In this document: in pieces, positions 1 to 8,777 of the stretch
How positions within the stretch are numbered: position 1 is the stretch's first letter
Layout of the letters: each line of letters opens with the position of its first letter
DNA from: a bacterium
Lineage (GTDB): Bacteria; UBA8248
DNA length: 64,000 bases
Assembly (NCBI GenBank): GCA_965219955.1
Contig: OZ244799.1
Coordinates: 2,720,001 to 2,784,000 of the forward strand
Reading direction: 5' to 3'
The notes under the pieces: generated by a model
What the model was told of the DNA's origin: nothing
Databases searched by the model: none
What the model saw: the letters and a program-made list of their open reading frames with translations, nothing else
Made by a program: the position numbers and the translations under genes

Positions 1-551
1 ACGAAGATGAACTCGCCTCCTGGCTCACGGCGCGGCTGCGCGCGGCCCGCGAGGCGGGACAGACGAAAGGGCGCATCTCGCTCCGCCACGTTTTCCAGAA
101 CTGGCGGCCCAAGCTCGCCGCGCTGGCGGCCGTCATTTTCCTCTGGTCGCTCGGCGGTCAGGAGAGCCAGAATCCGCAGAATTTCTTCCCGCAGCTCGAA
201 AGCAAGGTGGAGGAGGAATTCCGCGTCCAGGTCCACTATTACAACGTTCCGAGCGGCGTTACCCTGCCGGCGGATGCGGCGAAAGAAGTCAGAATCCGTC
301 TCAGAGGCAGGCGCGATCTGCTCAATTATATCGACGCCACCCGCCTGCGCGTGAACGTGAACCTCGCCAAAATGACGCCCGGCGCGCATACGCGCACGCT
401 CTCGGGCCGCGACATCGACCTGCCGAACGGTCTCGAATTCCTGAGCGCGGAACCAAAGACCCTCGACTTGAATCTCGCGGGCGAACCGGCTCCTGAGAAA
501 ATGACGAAATCGAGCGCCTCCACCGAAACGCCCGAGTCCTCGAATTTTTAA
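1..551 (+). CDS. CdaR/YbbR-like domain protein, 5'-truncated by window edge (possibly a CdaA-CdaR fusion)
   Basis: Frame is open from base 3: ...HVFQNWRPKLAALAAVIFLW (YbbR-type TM anchor), then VHYYNVPSGVTL...VRIRLRG...VNVNLAKMTPGAHTRTL...IDLPNGLEFLSAEPKTL (YbbR domain pattern). Confidence 0.7.
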   Translation, partial: EDELASWLTARLRAAREAGQTKGRISLRHVFQNWRPKLAALAAVIFLWSLGGQESQNPQNFFPQLESKVEEEFRVQVHYYNVPSGVTLPADAAKEVRIRLRGRRDLLNYIDATRLRVNVNLAKMTPGAHTRTLSGRDIDLPNGLEFLSAEPKTLDLNLAGEPAPEKMTKSSASTETPESSNF

Positions 552-943
552 CTAAGGCCCCTCATTTCAGGTACTTGCGTTTTCAGCCACGCGAAAATTT
601 GCTTTTTCAGAACAAAATACCGATATTGAAAGAACCGGGCCATCGCCGCCGAGACGTCCCAGGCGCTCAGACGAGCGAGGCGGGCGAACCATCTCAGGTG
701 GTTCTCGGCGCAGGCCGGGTGAGGCGGTGAGGAGCCGAGGCGGAAAGCGGCTCCGGTCCGGTTTCGGGGAACCCCTCAAGAGAAGGAGGATGCGATGATA
801 TCAACGATAAATCGCTTCAGCCGTGCGGAAACGCCGCCCTCCCCGGCCCCATCGCGTCAGCCGGGCGGGGAGGAAGACAAAGGCTGATGCGCAAATAAAG
901 GCGTCACGACGCCTTTGTAAGGTGAGACGAGTTCTCACCCCGG

Positions 944-990
944 AAAAAGAAAAAAAGAGAGCGGGATGCAACGTCCCGCTCTTCTTTTTT
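944..990. terminator. Bidirectional intrinsic terminator
   Basis: A-tract, then the stem AGAGCGGGA-loop-TCCCGCTCT, then a T-tract. Lies immediately downstream of the 992..1186 minus-strand gene. Confidence 0.7.
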
Positions 991-991
991 G

Positions 992-1186
992 CTAGCTTTT
1001 GCCCTCGAGTCTTCTCATCTCGATTTCGATTTGCTGGAGCCTGTTCTTGATCATGTTGAAGTCGTACTCGAATCCCTCGGCGAGCAGCGTGAGACCCTGG
1101 TAGAGCTGGTGCTTTTCCGGTTCTTCTTCCGCGTTCACGGAACCCAGCATCTCGGCGAAAACCTCTCTGGCGTGATGAAAGCTCAA
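992..1186 (-). CDS. Small hypothetical protein (64 aa, C-terminal coiled coil)
   Basis: Protein-like composition (EPEKHQLYQGLTLLAEGFEYDFNMIKNRLQQIEIEMRRLE), purine-rich region upstream and a terminator directly downstream. Start codon uncertain. Confidence 0.55.
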   Translation of the reverse strand: MSFHHAREVFAEMLGSVNAEEEPEKHQLYQGLTLLAEGFEYDFNMIKNRLQQIEIEMRRLEGKS

Positions 1187-1321
1187 AACCCCTTCCCCCT
1201 TTTTGAATGAGAACGCGCACTGCGAAGCAATATATCTTTTGCGGGAAGAATCCCGCTTGCATCTTTGCTAGAATCCACCGCACCGACAAATAAACCACAA
1301 CGTAATCGAGGAGTCATCTTC

Positions 1322-1819
1322 ATGCCGGAAAGACCGAACACGCCGCAAGTCATCCTCCGCCACATTCAGGGCACGCAGCTTCAGATGTTCACCACCACGG
1401 GCAAGCATTCCTACGTGCTCGACGAGCCCGAAACTCGGGGCGGCACGGACCTCGCCGCCACGCCGTTCGAGTTCTTCATCGCAGGGCACGCGGGCTGAGG
1501 CCTCTACACGCTGCTGGGAGCAGCGAAGGCCAAGGGCATCCAGATCGACGACGTGGAAGTCCACGCGGAGTTCAAGCGGAACATAACGCCTAAATTTCAT
1601 TCGGATTATCACGCGGACCCCGAGCGGCGGAAACTCTCCATCGGCGTCATTCGCACGAGCTACTACATCCACGGCGACGTAACGGAAGAGCAAAAGGCGG
1701 AACTGCTCGATGAACTCGAAAACTGCCCCATCCACAACACGCTGATGACGCCGCCGAAGCTTGAGGAGCGGATCGTCGTTCTCGAAAAAGACGAAACCGC
1801 GCCCAAGGAAATTTCATAA
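1322..1819 (+). CDS. OsmC-like protein, probable selenoprotein (in-frame TGA 1496-1498 = Sec)
   Basis: GAGGAG RBS before ATG 1322. The ORFs ending at 1498 and starting at 1553 are in the same frame. The OsmC motif DEPETRGGTDLAATPFEFFIAGHAG-U places TGA at the first conserved Cys, and the second Cys is in NCPIHNTL. A hairpin follows the TGA. Confidence 0.85.
1499..1531 (+). promoter_or_regulatory. Bacterial SECIS-like stem-loop
   Basis: GGCCT-ctaca-CGCTGCT-ggg-AGCAGCG-a-AGGCC directly 3' of the UGA: lower and upper stems with a G-containing apical loop. Confidence 0.7.
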
Positions 1820-1848
1820 GGGCGGGGAAAGAGCCGCTTGCGAAATCA

Positions 1849-2327
1849 GGGGGTGTTGAAAAAGTTCTCCTCGCTCGGTCGATTCCTCCCTCATCGGGGC
1901 TGTTGAAAAAGTCCCCCGACGAGGGAAAATTTGTTTGTGTGTAGGGGTCGCATACATGCGACCCTGCTTTTTTTCACCTACTGCAAGGGCCGCATGTATG
2001 CGGCCCCTACACTCCCTTCGACAAGTCGGAATCGACCACTGCCGTCATTCCGGCGAAAGCCGGAATCCATTTTCACGTAGAATGACAATACGCTGGCTTT
2101 TCATTTCCCAGCCATTCGTGGGAACTAATCGGAAAATAAAAAACCAAGGCAAAACAAATGGATTCCGGCTTTCGCCGGAATGACGAACAAAATCGGAAGA
2201 GTTGTAGGGACAGGCCTCCGTGCCTGTCCGATGCCCTGCTCTACAAAGGACAACCACAGAGGGTTGTCCCTACAAACGACCAGCTCCATACGCCGAATCG
2301 CGAAAACGAGACTTTTTCAACAACCCC
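1849..2327. repeat. Composite MITE/REP cluster
   Basis: Inverted ends GGGGCTGTTGAAAAAGTC (1896-1913) and GACTTTTTCAACAACCCC (2310-2327). These enclose two GTAG-tagged REP doublets (1941-2010, 2204-2273) and an inverted CGTC-tagged pair CGTCATTCCGGCGAAAGCCGGAATCC (2043-2068 / 2160-2185). Confidence 0.8.
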
Positions 2328-2414
2328 CATAATAGGAGCCTTGAACAACAGAGAAGCTATTTTCGAAGAAGCCTGGAATTCGGCAGGAAAGAAAGAGGCC
2401 CTTCAAAATGAGTC

Positions 2415-2888
2415 CTAGTAGGAAATCCTGTCCTCCATCTGCGCCCACAGATTGAAGGATTCGAGCGCTTCATCTTTCAGGAGCCGCGTTGCATCCAGTT
2501 TTCTTTCATCCATCGACAGGGCGATTTCCCTGTAGAGAAATTCATCGGAAAACCCGATCGCATCGGCTTCGACGATGGTGTTCCCGTAAAACATGCGATC
2601 GAGTTTCGCCCAGTAGATGGCGCTCAGGCACATCGGGCAAGGCTCGCAACTCGTATAAATCTCACAGCCGGACAAGTCGAATTGCTTCAGTTTCGCACTC
2701 GCCGCCCGTATGGCGAGCATCTCGGCGTGCGCGGTGGGATCGCAAGAAGACGCCACCCGGTTCACGCCCTCGCCGATAATCTCCCCGTCCCTGACGACGA
2801 CGGACCCGAAAGGCCCGCCGAGCCCATCCCGCACGTTTTGAGAAGCGAGCGATATCGCCCTTCTCATAAATGATTCCTGCGTCGCCAT
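2415..2888 (-). CDS. Nucleoside/guanine deaminase (cytidine deaminase-like fold, Bacillus GuaD type)
   Basis: GGPFG, HAE and SCEPCPMC zinc motifs, plus the GFSDEFLYREI tail typical of GuaD-type guanine deaminases. Confidence 0.88.
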   Translation of the reverse strand: MATQESFMRRAISLASQNVRDGLGGPFGSVVVRDGEIIGEGVNRVASSCDPTAHAEMLAIRAASAKLKQFDLSGCEIYTSCEPCPMCLSAIYWAKLDRMFYGNTIVEADAIGFSDEFLYREIALSMDERKLDATRLLKDEALESFNLWAQMEDRISY

Positions 2889-3091
2889 TTCCTCATCTCC
2901 CGTTTGGTTCCACTTTTCCGCGGCTGTTTCTCTTCACTGCGTCTCTGTTTTCTCCAGATTCCCTTCATCTTAACTTGTTTTTGAAATGGTTTGCATTCAT
3001 TTTACAGGTTCTTCTTTACCGCACTCCAAAAACAGGAGCCTGGAACGAGAGAGAACCCACGCTCTGAAATTCGCAACCCGAAAAGGAATTG

Positions 3092-4015
3092 ATGATGAAA
3101 ATCGGATTCATCGGACTCGGAAACATGGGGGCCGGCATGGCGGCCAACCTCCAGAAGGCGGGCTACGAACTCGTCGTCCACGACATCGTGCGCGAGGCCG
3201 CGGCGGATCATATCGAGCGAGGCGCGCTCTGGGCGGATTCCCCGGAGGAGGTCGCCAAGGTTTGCGAGATCGTCTTCACTTCCCTGCCCGGACCCAAAGA
3301 GGTCGAGAGCGTCGCCACGGGGCCGAACGGCATCCTCGCGGGGGTCAGCGCGGGGAAAGTCTACGTCGACCTGAGCACGGGATACCCTGCCATCGTGCGC
3401 CGCATCCATGAAAAGTTTGCGGAAGCAGGCGCGCACATGCTCGACGCGCCCGTGAGCGGCTCCACCATCGGCGCGAACACGGGCCGCCTCGCCGTCATGG
3501 TGGGGGGAGACGAGGAAATATATGAGCGCTGCAAGCCCCTGTTCGACGCCATGGGGGACCGCCCCACCTACACCGGCCCGATCGGCACGGGCACCGTGTG
3601 CAAGCTCGCGCATAATTGTATGAGCTACGGCATTCAGACCCTGGCGGCGGAATGCTACTCCCTGGGCGTCAAGGCGGGCGCCTCGCCCGATGTCCTGGCC
3701 GAGACGATTCGAAACGGCGCGGTGGGCCGGGGGGTGCACTTCCACTTCATCTTCCCCGAGACGTTCTTCAAGGGAAAATTCGACGAGCCCCACTTTCCCA
3801 TGAAGGGCGCGGTGAAAGACGTAGGCCTGGCGCTCAGGCTCGCCCGCGAGCACGACGTGCCCATGGCGATAGGCAACATCGCCTACGGGGAACTCATCTC
3901 AGGCTTGAACCGAGGATGGGGGGAAGATGACGCGAGGCGCGCCATGACGCTTCAGGAAGAGCGAGCGGGCGGCGCCCGGATGAGAGTTTCAGAACAGGAG
4001 ATTGACCCAAAATGA
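3092..4015 (+). CDS. NAD(P)-dependent beta-hydroxyacid dehydrogenase (3-hydroxyisobutyrate dehydrogenase family)
   Basis: GFIGLGNMG Rossmann motif, DAPVSG, catalytic K in VCKLAHN, and KD motif. Confidence 0.9.
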   Translation: MMKIGFIGLGNMGAGMAANLQKAGYELVVHDIVREAAADHIERGALWADSPEEVAKVCEIVFTSLPGPKEVESVATGPNGILAGVSAGKVYVDLSTGYPAIVRRIHEKFAEAGAHMLDAPVSGSTIGANTGRLAVMVGGDEEIYERCKPLFDAMGDRPTYTGPIGTGTVCKLAHNCMSYGIQTLAAECYSLGVKAGASPDVLAETIRNGAVGRGVHFHFIFPETFFKGKFDEPHFPMKGAVKDVGLALRLAREHDVPMAIGNIAYGELISGLNRGWGEDDARRAMTLQEERAGGARMRVSEQEIDPK

Positions 4016-5016
4016 AACACGGAATCGCCATGCTGCCCCCCGCCCCCGACACCTACGCGCACTGGTGCCGGCTCTCCGAAGAGGCGGGCTTCGACGTCAT
4101 CTGGGTGCCGGACTCGCAATCCCTCTACCGGGAGCTTTACGTCTCGTGCGCCATCTGCGCGGCGAACACCTCGCGCGTCCTGCTGGGCCCCAACGTCACC
4201 AACCCGCTCACGCGCCACCCCGCGACGGCGGCGAGCGCCATCGCCACGGTGGATGAGTTCTCGGGCGGCCGCGCGTTGTTCGGGATCGCCACGGGCGACA
4301 GCGCCGTCCTGAACCTGGGATTGCGCCCAAGCCGCGTGGACGAGGTGCGCGATTACGTTCTCGCCATGCGCGGGATGTTAGAGGAGGGCGCGGCGCACTA
4401 CCGGGGAAAACCCTGCACGCTCAACTGGCACAAAAAGCGGGTCCCCCTTTACATCGCCGCAGAGGGGCCGCGCACCATCCGTCTGGCCGGCGAGATAGCG
4501 GACGGCGTCACCATCGGGTGCGGCCTCACGCCGGAAGTGGTGGCCGATTCCCTCACCTGGCTGGAAGAAGGCGCGAAAAAATCGGGCCGAAAGGTGGACG
4601 ATCTGGACGTCTGGTGGCTGGCGAAGGTGAACGTGCGCGAAGACGGCGAGCAAGCGCGCGAGGAGATCCGCATGGCGCTCGCCGCGAGCGCGCACCACGC
4701 CTTTCGCTTCACGACGGAGGGCAAGCGGATTCCCAAGGAACTCCTCTCCGCCGTCGAGACCCTGAAGCGAGGATACGCGTTCCACGAACACGAGATGGTG
4801 GACAAGCAGACGAACGCCGAACTCGTGGACAGGCTCGGGCTGCGCGAGTACCTGCTCGACCGCTTCGCCATCGCGGGCAACCCCGCAGAATGCAGGAAGC
4901 AGATCGAATCCATGAAGGCGACCGGCGTCGAAGGTTTAAGAATCGCCGCCCACGTTCACGACAAGCCCGCCTTCATCCGGGCATGGGGCCGCGAGATAAT
5001 CGGCAAGATCGAGTAA
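4012..5016 (+). CDS. LLM-class (luciferase-like) flavin/F420-dependent oxidoreductase
   Basis: EEAGFDVIWVPDSQ, LGPNVTNPLTRHP, SGGRA, PLYIAAEGPRTIRLAGEIADG. ATGA overlap with the upstream gene. Confidence 0.9.
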   Translation: MKHGIAMLPPAPDTYAHWCRLSEEAGFDVIWVPDSQSLYRELYVSCAICAANTSRVLLGPNVTNPLTRHPATAASAIATVDEFSGGRALFGIATGDSAVLNLGLRPSRVDEVRDYVLAMRGMLEEGAAHYRGKPCTLNWHKKRVPLYIAAEGPRTIRLAGEIADGVTIGCGLTPEVVADSLTWLEEGAKKSGRKVDDLDVWWLAKVNVREDGEQAREEIRMALAASAHHAFRFTTEGKRIPKELLSAVETLKRGYAFHEHEMVDKQTNAELVDRLGLREYLLDRFAIAGNPAECRKQIESMKATGVEGLRIAAHVHDKPAFIRAWGREIIGKIE

Positions 5017-5033
5017 CCGGAAAGGATATCTTC

Positions 5034-6035
5034 ATGAGACATGGCATTTCATTCAGACCGCCCGATACGGATTCGTTCGCCCGCTGGTGCAGGTGCGCGG
5101 AAGAACTCGGCTTCGACGCGGTATTCATCCCCGATACGCAATCCCTTTACCGGGAGGTCTACGTCTCGTGCGCGATTTGCGCGATGGAGACGAGCGAGAT
5201 CATCTTCGGCCCTTGCGTCACGAATCCCGTCACGCGCCACCCGGCGGTGGCCGCGAGCGCCATCGGCACCATCAGCGAACTCTCCGGCGGGCGCGCCTTC
5301 TGGGGGATCGCCACGGGCGACAGCGCGGTGCTGAATCTGGGCCTCAGGCCCGCGAAGCTCGCCGAGATGCGCGAATACGTCCTCGCCGTGCGGGGCATGC
5401 TCGAAGAAGGGAGCGCGCTTTACAAGGGGAACAACGCCCGGCTGAGCTGGCACAAATCCCGCGTGCCCATCCACATCGCCGCCGAAGGCCCGAAAACGCT
5501 GCGCCTCGCGGGCGAGGTGGCCGACGGCGTCATCATCGGAACGGGCCTCATCCCCGAGGTCATCGCGGACACGCTCTCCTTCATCGACGAGGGCGCCAGG
5601 AAATCAGGCCGCAGGGTGGAAGATCTCGACCTCTGGTGGCTGGTGGACGCCCACGTGGACGCGGACGGCGAGCGCGCCCGCGAGGACATCCGCACCGCCC
5701 TGGCCGCGAGCGCGCATCATTCCTTCGCCTTCACGCTGGAGAACAAGCGCATCCCCAAAGAACTCGAATCCGGCATCCGCGCGCTGAGGGACGGCTACCA
5801 GACTTCGGAGCACGGCTTCATGGATAAATCCAACAACGCCGCGCTCGTCGATGAGTACGGGCTCAGGGACTACCTGGTCGACAGATTCGCCATCGTCGGC
5901 ACGCCCGAAGAATGCCGGAAGAGGCTGGAAGACCTCGAAAACCTGGGCGTCAAGGGACTTCGCATCAACAACAACCTGCCCGACAGGACGGTCTTCATGA
6001 ACGCCTGGGCGAAGGACGTGCGGGGGATCGCCTAG
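5034..6035 (+). CDS. LLM-class oxidoreductase, tandem paralogue
   Basis: True start is ATG 5034 (MRHGISF) after an AAGGA RBS. Collinear with the preceding LLM throughout. Confidence 0.9.
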   Translation: MRHGISFRPPDTDSFARWCRCAEELGFDAVFIPDTQSLYREVYVSCAICAMETSEIIFGPCVTNPVTRHPAVAASAIGTISELSGGRAFWGIATGDSAVLNLGLRPAKLAEMREYVLAVRGMLEEGSALYKGNNARLSWHKSRVPIHIAAEGPKTLRLAGEVADGVIIGTGLIPEVIADTLSFIDEGARKSGRRVEDLDLWWLVDAHVDADGERAREDIRTALAASAHHSFAFTLENKRIPKELESGIRALRDGYQTSEHGFMDKSNNAALVDEYGLRDYLVDRFAIVGTPEECRKRLEDLENLGVKGLRINNNLPDRTVFMNAWAKDVRGIA

Positions 6036-6181
6036 ACTTCCCGCGAATAAAGCGCTTGATTCCCACCGCCTAGATGCAAACGGGGAGTTCCCCTCTCCCT
6101 GCCGCTTCGGTTAGAATGGCTGGAAATTATCGAAAAAGATGGTTTCGACCTCCCCGAAAAACCTCGCACTGGAGGGTGGAC

Positions 6182-6730
6182 ATGAGCGAAATGACGAAGG
6201 AAAAGATTCTCGTCTACGAACCCGTGGCGGAGGCTCCGGGCGCGAGCGCCGTCATGGCCGCGCGGCCCGAGAGTTTGAACGGCAAGAGCGTGGGCCTCAT
6301 CAACAACACCAAGGATTTTACGGATGAGATTTTCGACGTGATGGGCGCCGCGCTCGAGGAACAGTTCCCCGGCGTGCGCGTCGTGCGCTACCGGAAGGAA
6401 TCCGTGAGCGGCGCATCGCCCGCCTTGATGGAGCAGGTGGAAGGAGAGTGCGACGCCGTCGTTTCCGGGCTCGGCGACTGAGGCTCTTGCACGTCGTGGA
6501 GTATCCACGACAGCGTCGCTTTAGAGAAACGAGGGCTGGCCACGGTCACGGTCGTCACCGACGCCTTCGAGGCTTATGCGAAGCAGCTCACCAAGCTGCA
6601 CAAGATGAGCGAGCTTCCCCTCGTCACGCTGCCCCACCCCATCGCGGGCAGAAAGCGCGAGGAGGTGGACGAGATGTCGGCGAGAGCGAGCGCGCATCTG
6701 GCGTCCGCCCTCACGCAGGCGAGCGCTTGA
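6182..6730 (+). CDS. UGSC-family selenoprotein (in-frame TGA 6479-6481 = Sec)
   Basis: GGAGG RBS before ATG 6182. Reading through TGA gives ...CDAVVSGLGD-U-GSCTSWSIHDSVALEKRGLATVTVVTDAF...LPHPI...ASA* ending at TGA 6728-6730, a UxxC (UGSC) motif. A hairpin follows the TGA. Confidence 0.9.
6493..6511 (+). promoter_or_regulatory. Bacterial SECIS-like stem-loop
   Basis: GTCGTGGA-gta-TCCACGAC, a perfect 8-bp stem with a G-led loop, beginning 11 nt after the UGA. Confidence 0.7.
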
Positions 6731-6737
6731 TATCGGC

Positions 6738-7838
6738 ATGGACGCGCCGGAGCCCGCCCGCCAGATAGCGCTCGATGAGGACGCGGGCGCGATATACGAG
6801 CACTTCTACGAGGAGGGCTGGACGGACGGGCTGCCCGTCATCCCGCCGACCGAGGAGCGCGTCGCCGAAACCTTACGCTTCACGGATTATGCTCCCCAAG
6901 ACGTCATCGCCCACGTTCCCCCGAGAAACGCGCCCGCCACGGTGGAGATCATCGCCATCAACGCCGTGATGGCGGGCTGCAGGCCGGAATACCTGCCCGT
7001 ACTCATCGCCGCCGTTCAGGCCATGACGGAACCCGCCTACAACCTCTACGGCCGCCAGACGACCACCCACCCCGGCGCGCACCTGATGATCGTCCACGGG
7101 CCGGTTCGGAACGAACTCGAGGTCAACTGCCGCCAGAACGTGTTCGGCCAGGGCTGGCGCGCCAACGCGACGCTGGGACGCGCGGTGAGGCTCCTGATGA
7201 TGAACGCAGGCGGCGGCATCCCCGGCGTGACGGACATGGCCACCCACGGGCATCCGGGAAAATACGCCTACACCATCGGCGAGGACGAGGAGGGCAGCCC
7301 CTGGCCCGCCTTTCACGTGGACAGAGGCCTCGCGCCAGATACTTCCGCCGTCACCATGCTCTGCGCCGAGTCGCCCCACAACGTGAACGACCTGGTGAGC
7401 AAGACGCCCCACAAATACCTGGGCACGGCGGCTTCGGCCATGAGCCATTTAGGTGCGAACGGCGTATACCGGAGCGGGCTTCCGAGCGAGCAGATGCTGG
7501 TGCTGACCGCGGAGGCCGCTACGTGGCTTTCGGATCAGGGGTGGTCGAAGGCCGACGTTTCCCGGTTCATCTTCGAGAACGCGCGTCAGCCGATTCGCCT
7601 GATGCGAGACCGCGGCGGCTTCGACATGACGCCGCTCGCCCCTTTCGTGAACTTAGAAGAAGACGAGGACATGGCCCCCATCGTCCCGAGGCCCGAAGAC
7701 ATCCTCATCGTGGTCGCCGGCGGCCACGGCCGCCACATGCAGGCTGTCCTCACGGCGAGCTACAACCTGAGCGTCACCAGGGCCATCACGAGAAAGGACG
7801 GAACGCCGATTGGATCGGTAAGGGAGTTTGTGGAGTAG
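6738..7838 (+). CDS. Conserved UGSC-associated protein (TDGLPxxPPT family)
   Basis: GWTDGLPVIPPTEERV, AINAVMAGCRPEY, RANATLGRA, GHPGKY motifs. Starts 7 nt after the UGSC gene. Confidence 0.75.
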   Translation: MDAPEPARQIALDEDAGAIYEHFYEEGWTDGLPVIPPTEERVAETLRFTDYAPQDVIAHVPPRNAPATVEIIAINAVMAGCRPEYLPVLIAAVQAMTEPAYNLYGRQTTTHPGAHLMIVHGPVRNELEVNCRQNVFGQGWRANATLGRAVRLLMMNAGGGIPGVTDMATHGHPGKYAYTIGEDEEGSPWPAFHVDRGLAPDTSAVTMLCAESPHNVNDLVSKTPHKYLGTAASAMSHLGANGVYRSGLPSEQMLVLTAEAATWLSDQGWSKADVSRFIFENARQPIRLMRDRGGFDMTPLAPFVNLEEDEDMAPIVPRPEDILIVVAGGHGRHMQAVLTASYNLSVTRAITRKDGTPIGSVREFVE

Positions 7839-7873
7839 GGGGGTAATACTTGAAAAAGAAGAATTGCAAATAA

Positions 7874-8410
7874 CTACGAGTCTCGGCCTGACTTCCTTCC
7901 GAACCCATAACCACCGGCGAACCCGGCGCCCAATCCTCCTAAACCCGTCAAAACCGGCGTAATGAGTTCTTTCGCACCGAATGTTAAAAACAACCAGGAC
8001 AAACCACCGCAAGCCAGCAAAACGACTACTAAAACACCCAAACCAAACCATTGGCTTCTTTTCTGGGCTTCTGTTTGAAAGGCTAATTTCTGTTGTGCGA
8101 AATGAAACTCGTTCTCATCCCTTTTGCGCGCGCTTTCCAGACCGCTTTTCATAAGATCGTGCCGAGCTTCCGGACTCAAATCTTTCAATATCTCAGGATT
8201 CGCCCATGGAGGACCTGAATGTTCGGTTAAACGCAATCCGAGAATGTTCTGAGTGCTTGGGTTATCTGGTACAGGCGTTACATTGGAGGGTGCCAAAACT
8301 TCGGGGTCTTTGGGGGAGTCATCAGTTTTCTCGGCATCCAAGTTTTCAGAGCCCGAATCGGTCACGTACTTCCCTTTCATATTTCGTCGCTTCATCGAAA
8401 GCATACGCAT
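7874..8410 (-). CDS. Predicted membrane protein (DUF2335-like), AT-rich
   Basis: SGPPWANPEIL followed by a coiled segment and two C-terminal TM helices. The real start may be further in (GTG near 8365). Confidence 0.55.
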   Translation of the reverse strand: MRMLSMKRRNMKGKYVTDSGSENLDAEKTDDSPKDPEVLAPSNVTPVPDNPSTQNILGLRLTEHSGPPWANPEILKDLSPEARHDLMKSGLESARKRDENEFHFAQQKLAFQTEAQKRSQWFGLGVLVVVLLACGGLSWLFLTFGAKELITPVLTGLGGLGAGFAGGYGFGRKSGRDS

Positions 8411-8684
8411 CGAACTCGGACTCTAAATCAAAAACGGATCCGCTCGCCTGCATGGATTCCGAAAAAGCCGCCCAAAGATGGTAAAGAGCAAATGCGTACG
8501 CCTCGTTTTGAACGGGGTCGCTATCATCCAGCTTGCCTTCGTTCTCATCCAACCTTTTTTCGAATTCCGATTGTAATCTTTTCAATCTATTCAGGGATTC
8601 TTCCATCTCGCTCAGCGAAGGCCGCCTTGACAATGGATAAAAACCACCACCATACATTTCATTACTCCCGGATATTTTTCTCAT
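8346..8684 (-). CDS. Small acidic hypothetical protein, overlapping the DUF2335-like gene
   Basis: Helical acidic ORF in the same AT-rich segment, overlapping the downstream gene as a pair. Confidence 0.5.
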   Translation of the reverse strand: MRKISGSNEMYGGGFYPLSRRPSLSEMEESLNRLKRLQSEFEKRLDENEGKLDDSDPVQNEAYAFALYHLWAAFSESMQASGSVFDLESEFDAYAFDEATKYEREVRDRFGL

Positions 8685-8777
8685 TCGATGAACTATACCT
8701 TACTTCTTAAACGGAACATCATCAAGATCATATGAAAAATCAAGATAATTTCAACCGGAAAACAAACTAATCCCCCC

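Noticed and set aside
730-775. Group II intron domain V-like GAGCCG...CGGTT hairpin, or a c-di-nucleotide riboswitch
   Set aside because: Length and bulge geometry do not fit, there is no RT or other intron domain, and consensus riboswitch motifs are missing.
1265-1819. OsmC (and likewise UGSC at 6182-6730) read as nonsense pseudogenes or separate short ORFs
   Set aside because: In both genes the TGA sits at a catalytic Cys position and is followed by a SECIS-like hairpin, so Sec readthrough is the better explanation.
4518-5033. N-terminal extension making the second LLM 505 aa
   Set aside because: Out-of-frame overlap with the first LLM. RBS and paralogy place the start at 5034.
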